From NCBI GenBank assembly GCA_000934665.2, contig KZ538540.1, forward strand, positions 1 through 64,000: a stretch of DNA of 64,000 nucleotides, given 5' to 3'. Below are positions 61,376 through 64,000 of the stretch, in pieces. The position numbers and the translations under genes are program-made. Source of the stretch: Catajapyx aquilonaris (lineage: Eukaryota). How positions within the stretch are numbered: position 1 is the first letter of the stretch; the number at the start of each line of letters is the position of its first letter. The notes under the pieces are model-generated. The model was not told the origin of the DNA and did not search any database. It saw only the letters and a program-made list of their open reading frames with translations.

Positions 61376-62694
61376 ATGGTAATGCATGCAAGGAAACTCC
61401 AAAGGATCAGCGATGGGTACGGATGAAAAGGCCATACTTGCCTTGGGTTAATGGTTGGAGGGAGGGAGGGGGTTGCAATAGATCAGGCAAAGGTTTCTAA
61501 CTTTTCTCTCCTTCTTTTGCAGGATCGGAGTTTTCAGGGCTGATGTCCGGACCCGAGGAGACCCAGGGTTGGAACCGCATTCTCACTCACTCACCTTCTC
61601 ATCACTTTTGCTTGAACAGGGTCAATGACTGCACAACACACTCTCTCAAACCCTGCACATTCTGTAGCTAATGTTTACGTCCTGGTCTGGAATACCAGGC
61701 TGGCGCAACATGTGCAGAGCAATGGTTGGGGTTCAGACCCTGGCAGTATGTTTTGGTTTCGTGCCAAGTTAATGGCATATTCCAGCCGCATTGAAACCTT
61801 ACACGTTCATTACACTATCTTTATTGACTCGTAAGGAACAACATTAGTAGGCTAACCACTTATCTCAATTATTGGAGAGTTGAAATGTATAGTTACTTGG
61901 TTTTAAAGTTGTGCTGGTCGTTATGAATAGCAACACGTGTGACTTGATAAGTAGTTATTTTACACATGTTTGAGCGAAAGGTGAAATCTTAGGTTAGAAT
62001 CGTTAGATGAATGTAACTGAGTGTCATGCTGACATTGCCAGGAAAGCAGCAACATAGAGCTTAAGAATTAGGGAAGAATATTTAAGAGACATATGGAACA
62101 AGCCTAGTCTTCATATTTCTTGCTGAAAGATCATAATGAAGAGTAATTGGGTTACATTGTGACACTTGAAAAAGCTAAGCCACTGAAGGCAGTGCTTACA
62201 AATATGGGGTTTGGTTGTGTTTATGCAGTAAAAGCCAATAAGCCGGAGAGAATAATACAAATATACGACCTGCATTTACCTGGTTATTCAGTTGGCCTCA
62301 GTTATTTTGTAGATTTCATGTAACACTTCATGGCTCCATTTCAGGTATTTCGAGAAGCATCAGGCCCATCCATACCAGGTTAGTCATTCAACTCCACCAG
62401 TGTCAGATGGGAGCACTATTGCATGTGGTGAAAACATTCTTGACACTAATATTTTTCAGAATTCCAAGTACTCGGGTTCAAAAGGCTACCCAGGGGAGCG
62501 TTACAACCACGATCAGCAGACTGTCCGCGAGTCCCCAAATGGTAACTCACTCCGGACAGACAGCCCGGATTCCAGGTCACAGAGCCCCAGGGATCAGAGG
62601 GGCAGTGCCAACTACCACTCGAAGCAGAGTTACATGCAGAAACTACGGGAGAAGGATGACAGAGGGGACTACAAGTCTAGGGACAAACATTCAG
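61376..62694 (+). CDS. WAC: WW domain-containing adaptor with coiled-coil (wacky), 5' part only
   Basis: Exons 61376-61416, 62345-62378 and 62460-62694 translate MVMHARKLQRISDG-YFEKHQAHPYQ-NSKYSGSKGY..., matching the WAC N-terminus (human MVMYARKQQRLSDG...PYQ..KYS). The gene continues beyond the window, and the WW domain is not reached. Confidence 0.85.
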
Positions 62695-62719
62695 GTCAGA
62701 GTTTATAGTTGGTACGTTG

Positions 62720-62963
62720 ATAGGCCGCCAACCCTAACTTGCCATTGACGTCATCGTTTTGTTTCCCAACTAGTCAGCGTAAGTATGCTGGACACACCCC
62801 TGGAACCCTTCACTATTCAAGTTTTCCATGGAGATGCCCTCATGCAACCATTACTCGCATTGTTGCATGAGGGCATCTCCATGGAAAACTTGAAAAGTGG
62901 AGGGTACTAGGAGTTGGGAAACAAAACGATGACGTCAATGGCAAGTTAGGGTTGGCTTCCTAT
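62720..62963. mobile_element. Palindromic MITE in WAC intron
   Basis: Arms GCCAACCCTAACTTGCCATTGACGTCATCGTTTTGTTTCCCAACT and its reverse complement, plus the inner stem TTCAAGTTTTCCATGGAGATGCCCTCATGCAAC. Confidence 0.8.
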
Positions 62964-63547
62964 AGTTCTTGCCATATGTAATGTATTTAGCCTTAGAACA
63001 GTACATCATGAAAAACAAGGAGTGTCAACAATATCAACTGTATTACTTTCAATGAAACCATGCAGACAGTGCTATTCTAAGGTCTGACTGCACCAGAGCC
63101 ATAAGACCCATTTTGACCAGACATCAATGAGAAGCAAAAATGGGTCTTCTGGCCAAGAAAAAGTTTTAGGGCCCTGGTGCAAGCAGATTTCAGTCTGAAT
63201 ACATAATTGTGTTATTAACCACAATCTGCCTTGCCTTTTTTTTCTTGAGAATGTTAGGTGTAAGGGGAGGTTTTGCGAATTTGAAATCACAATGTAACCA
63301 AGTGAAACATTCAGGAATACTTCCTGAAACACTTAATTGTTATGCCGAAGAGGACATAGATGGAGGTGGAAAGTGCTGCAAGAATAATTATCAACTTTAA
63401 TATATGCGAAAAGATTTTCCTCAGATGACCCATGGTTATTGGACTTATCCAGGCACAGGCTCAATATCAGACTTTTATTTAATATCCCAATTAGGCAGAT
63501 ATTATAGTAGAGAAAGATGATTTGTACATTTTTTCACATATCTGATG

Positions 63548-63549
<2 letters not shown>

Positions 63550-63580
<31 letters not shown>

Positions 63581-63830
63581 TTATTTATTTATTGATACCC
63601 CATTGGGAGAATCGGCGCTCCATTAGAGGGGTGGAGTACCACCATTGGATGGGGCCAAGGATAGGGAGGGAAGGAAGCGGCTGTGGCCTATTATATGGAA
63701 GCAACCCTGGAATTATCCTGGGGGGACCGTGGAAAACCACAGAAAACCACAGTCAGGGTTGCCGGCCCGGGGAGTCGAACCCAGGACCTCCCAATTAGCA
63801 GTTGGGCTCCATAACCACCACACCAACTTG
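63550..63830 (-). mobile_element. tRNA-derived SINE with (TAAA)n tail
   Basis: Reverse complement of the 35298 SINE body and head; the (TTTA)n run at 63550-63590 is the tail. Confidence 0.75.
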
Positions 63831-64000
63831 CTTTGGTCTATGTGATGAATAATTAGGCAACATTATGCCGAGATAAGCCTGGAATCTTTGGTTATAGCTG
63901 CATTTTGATGAAGCTCACTTGCCAGATTGTTTCTGTTTATGTGGATAAAAGATGGGTCCTTTCCAGGATCATTTCTGGATTCAGTTACAATAATCTTTAT

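Overview
Eukaryotic genomic DNA with GT-AG introns, most likely an arthropod (inferred from the LUBEL-like motifs and SINE types; the species cannot be determined). Four spliced genes lie in tandem on the + strand: a ZCCHC2/ZCCHC14-family CCHC zinc-knuckle gene (CDS 574-22188, ~3 kb 3'UTR), tyrosine aminotransferase (27261-32055/32147), the linear-ubiquitin RBR ligase HOIP/RNF31/LUBEL (~33573-58656), and the first coding exons of WAC (from 61376, running off the window). The introns hold many non-autonomous transposons: tRNA-derived SINEs, PIF/Harbinger, piggyBac, Tc1/pogo and MULE-like foldback MITEs, a small Helitron, and several nested insertions; a mariner fossil sits between the first two genes. 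Main leads: (1) the HOIP gene encodes a degenerate vertebrate-type PUB domain, with a candidate internal first exon that would give a PUB-less, Drosophila-LUBEL-like isoform; (2) TAT has a ClpX-like C4 zinc-finger tail inside a splice-removable segment; (3) the ZCCHC gene has two possible C-termini and no visible SAM domain; (4) CpG content alternates sharply between genes, as expected for mosaic gene-body methylation. All gene models were assembled by eye and need RNA-seq confirmation. Most short ORFs in the supplied track are spurious.
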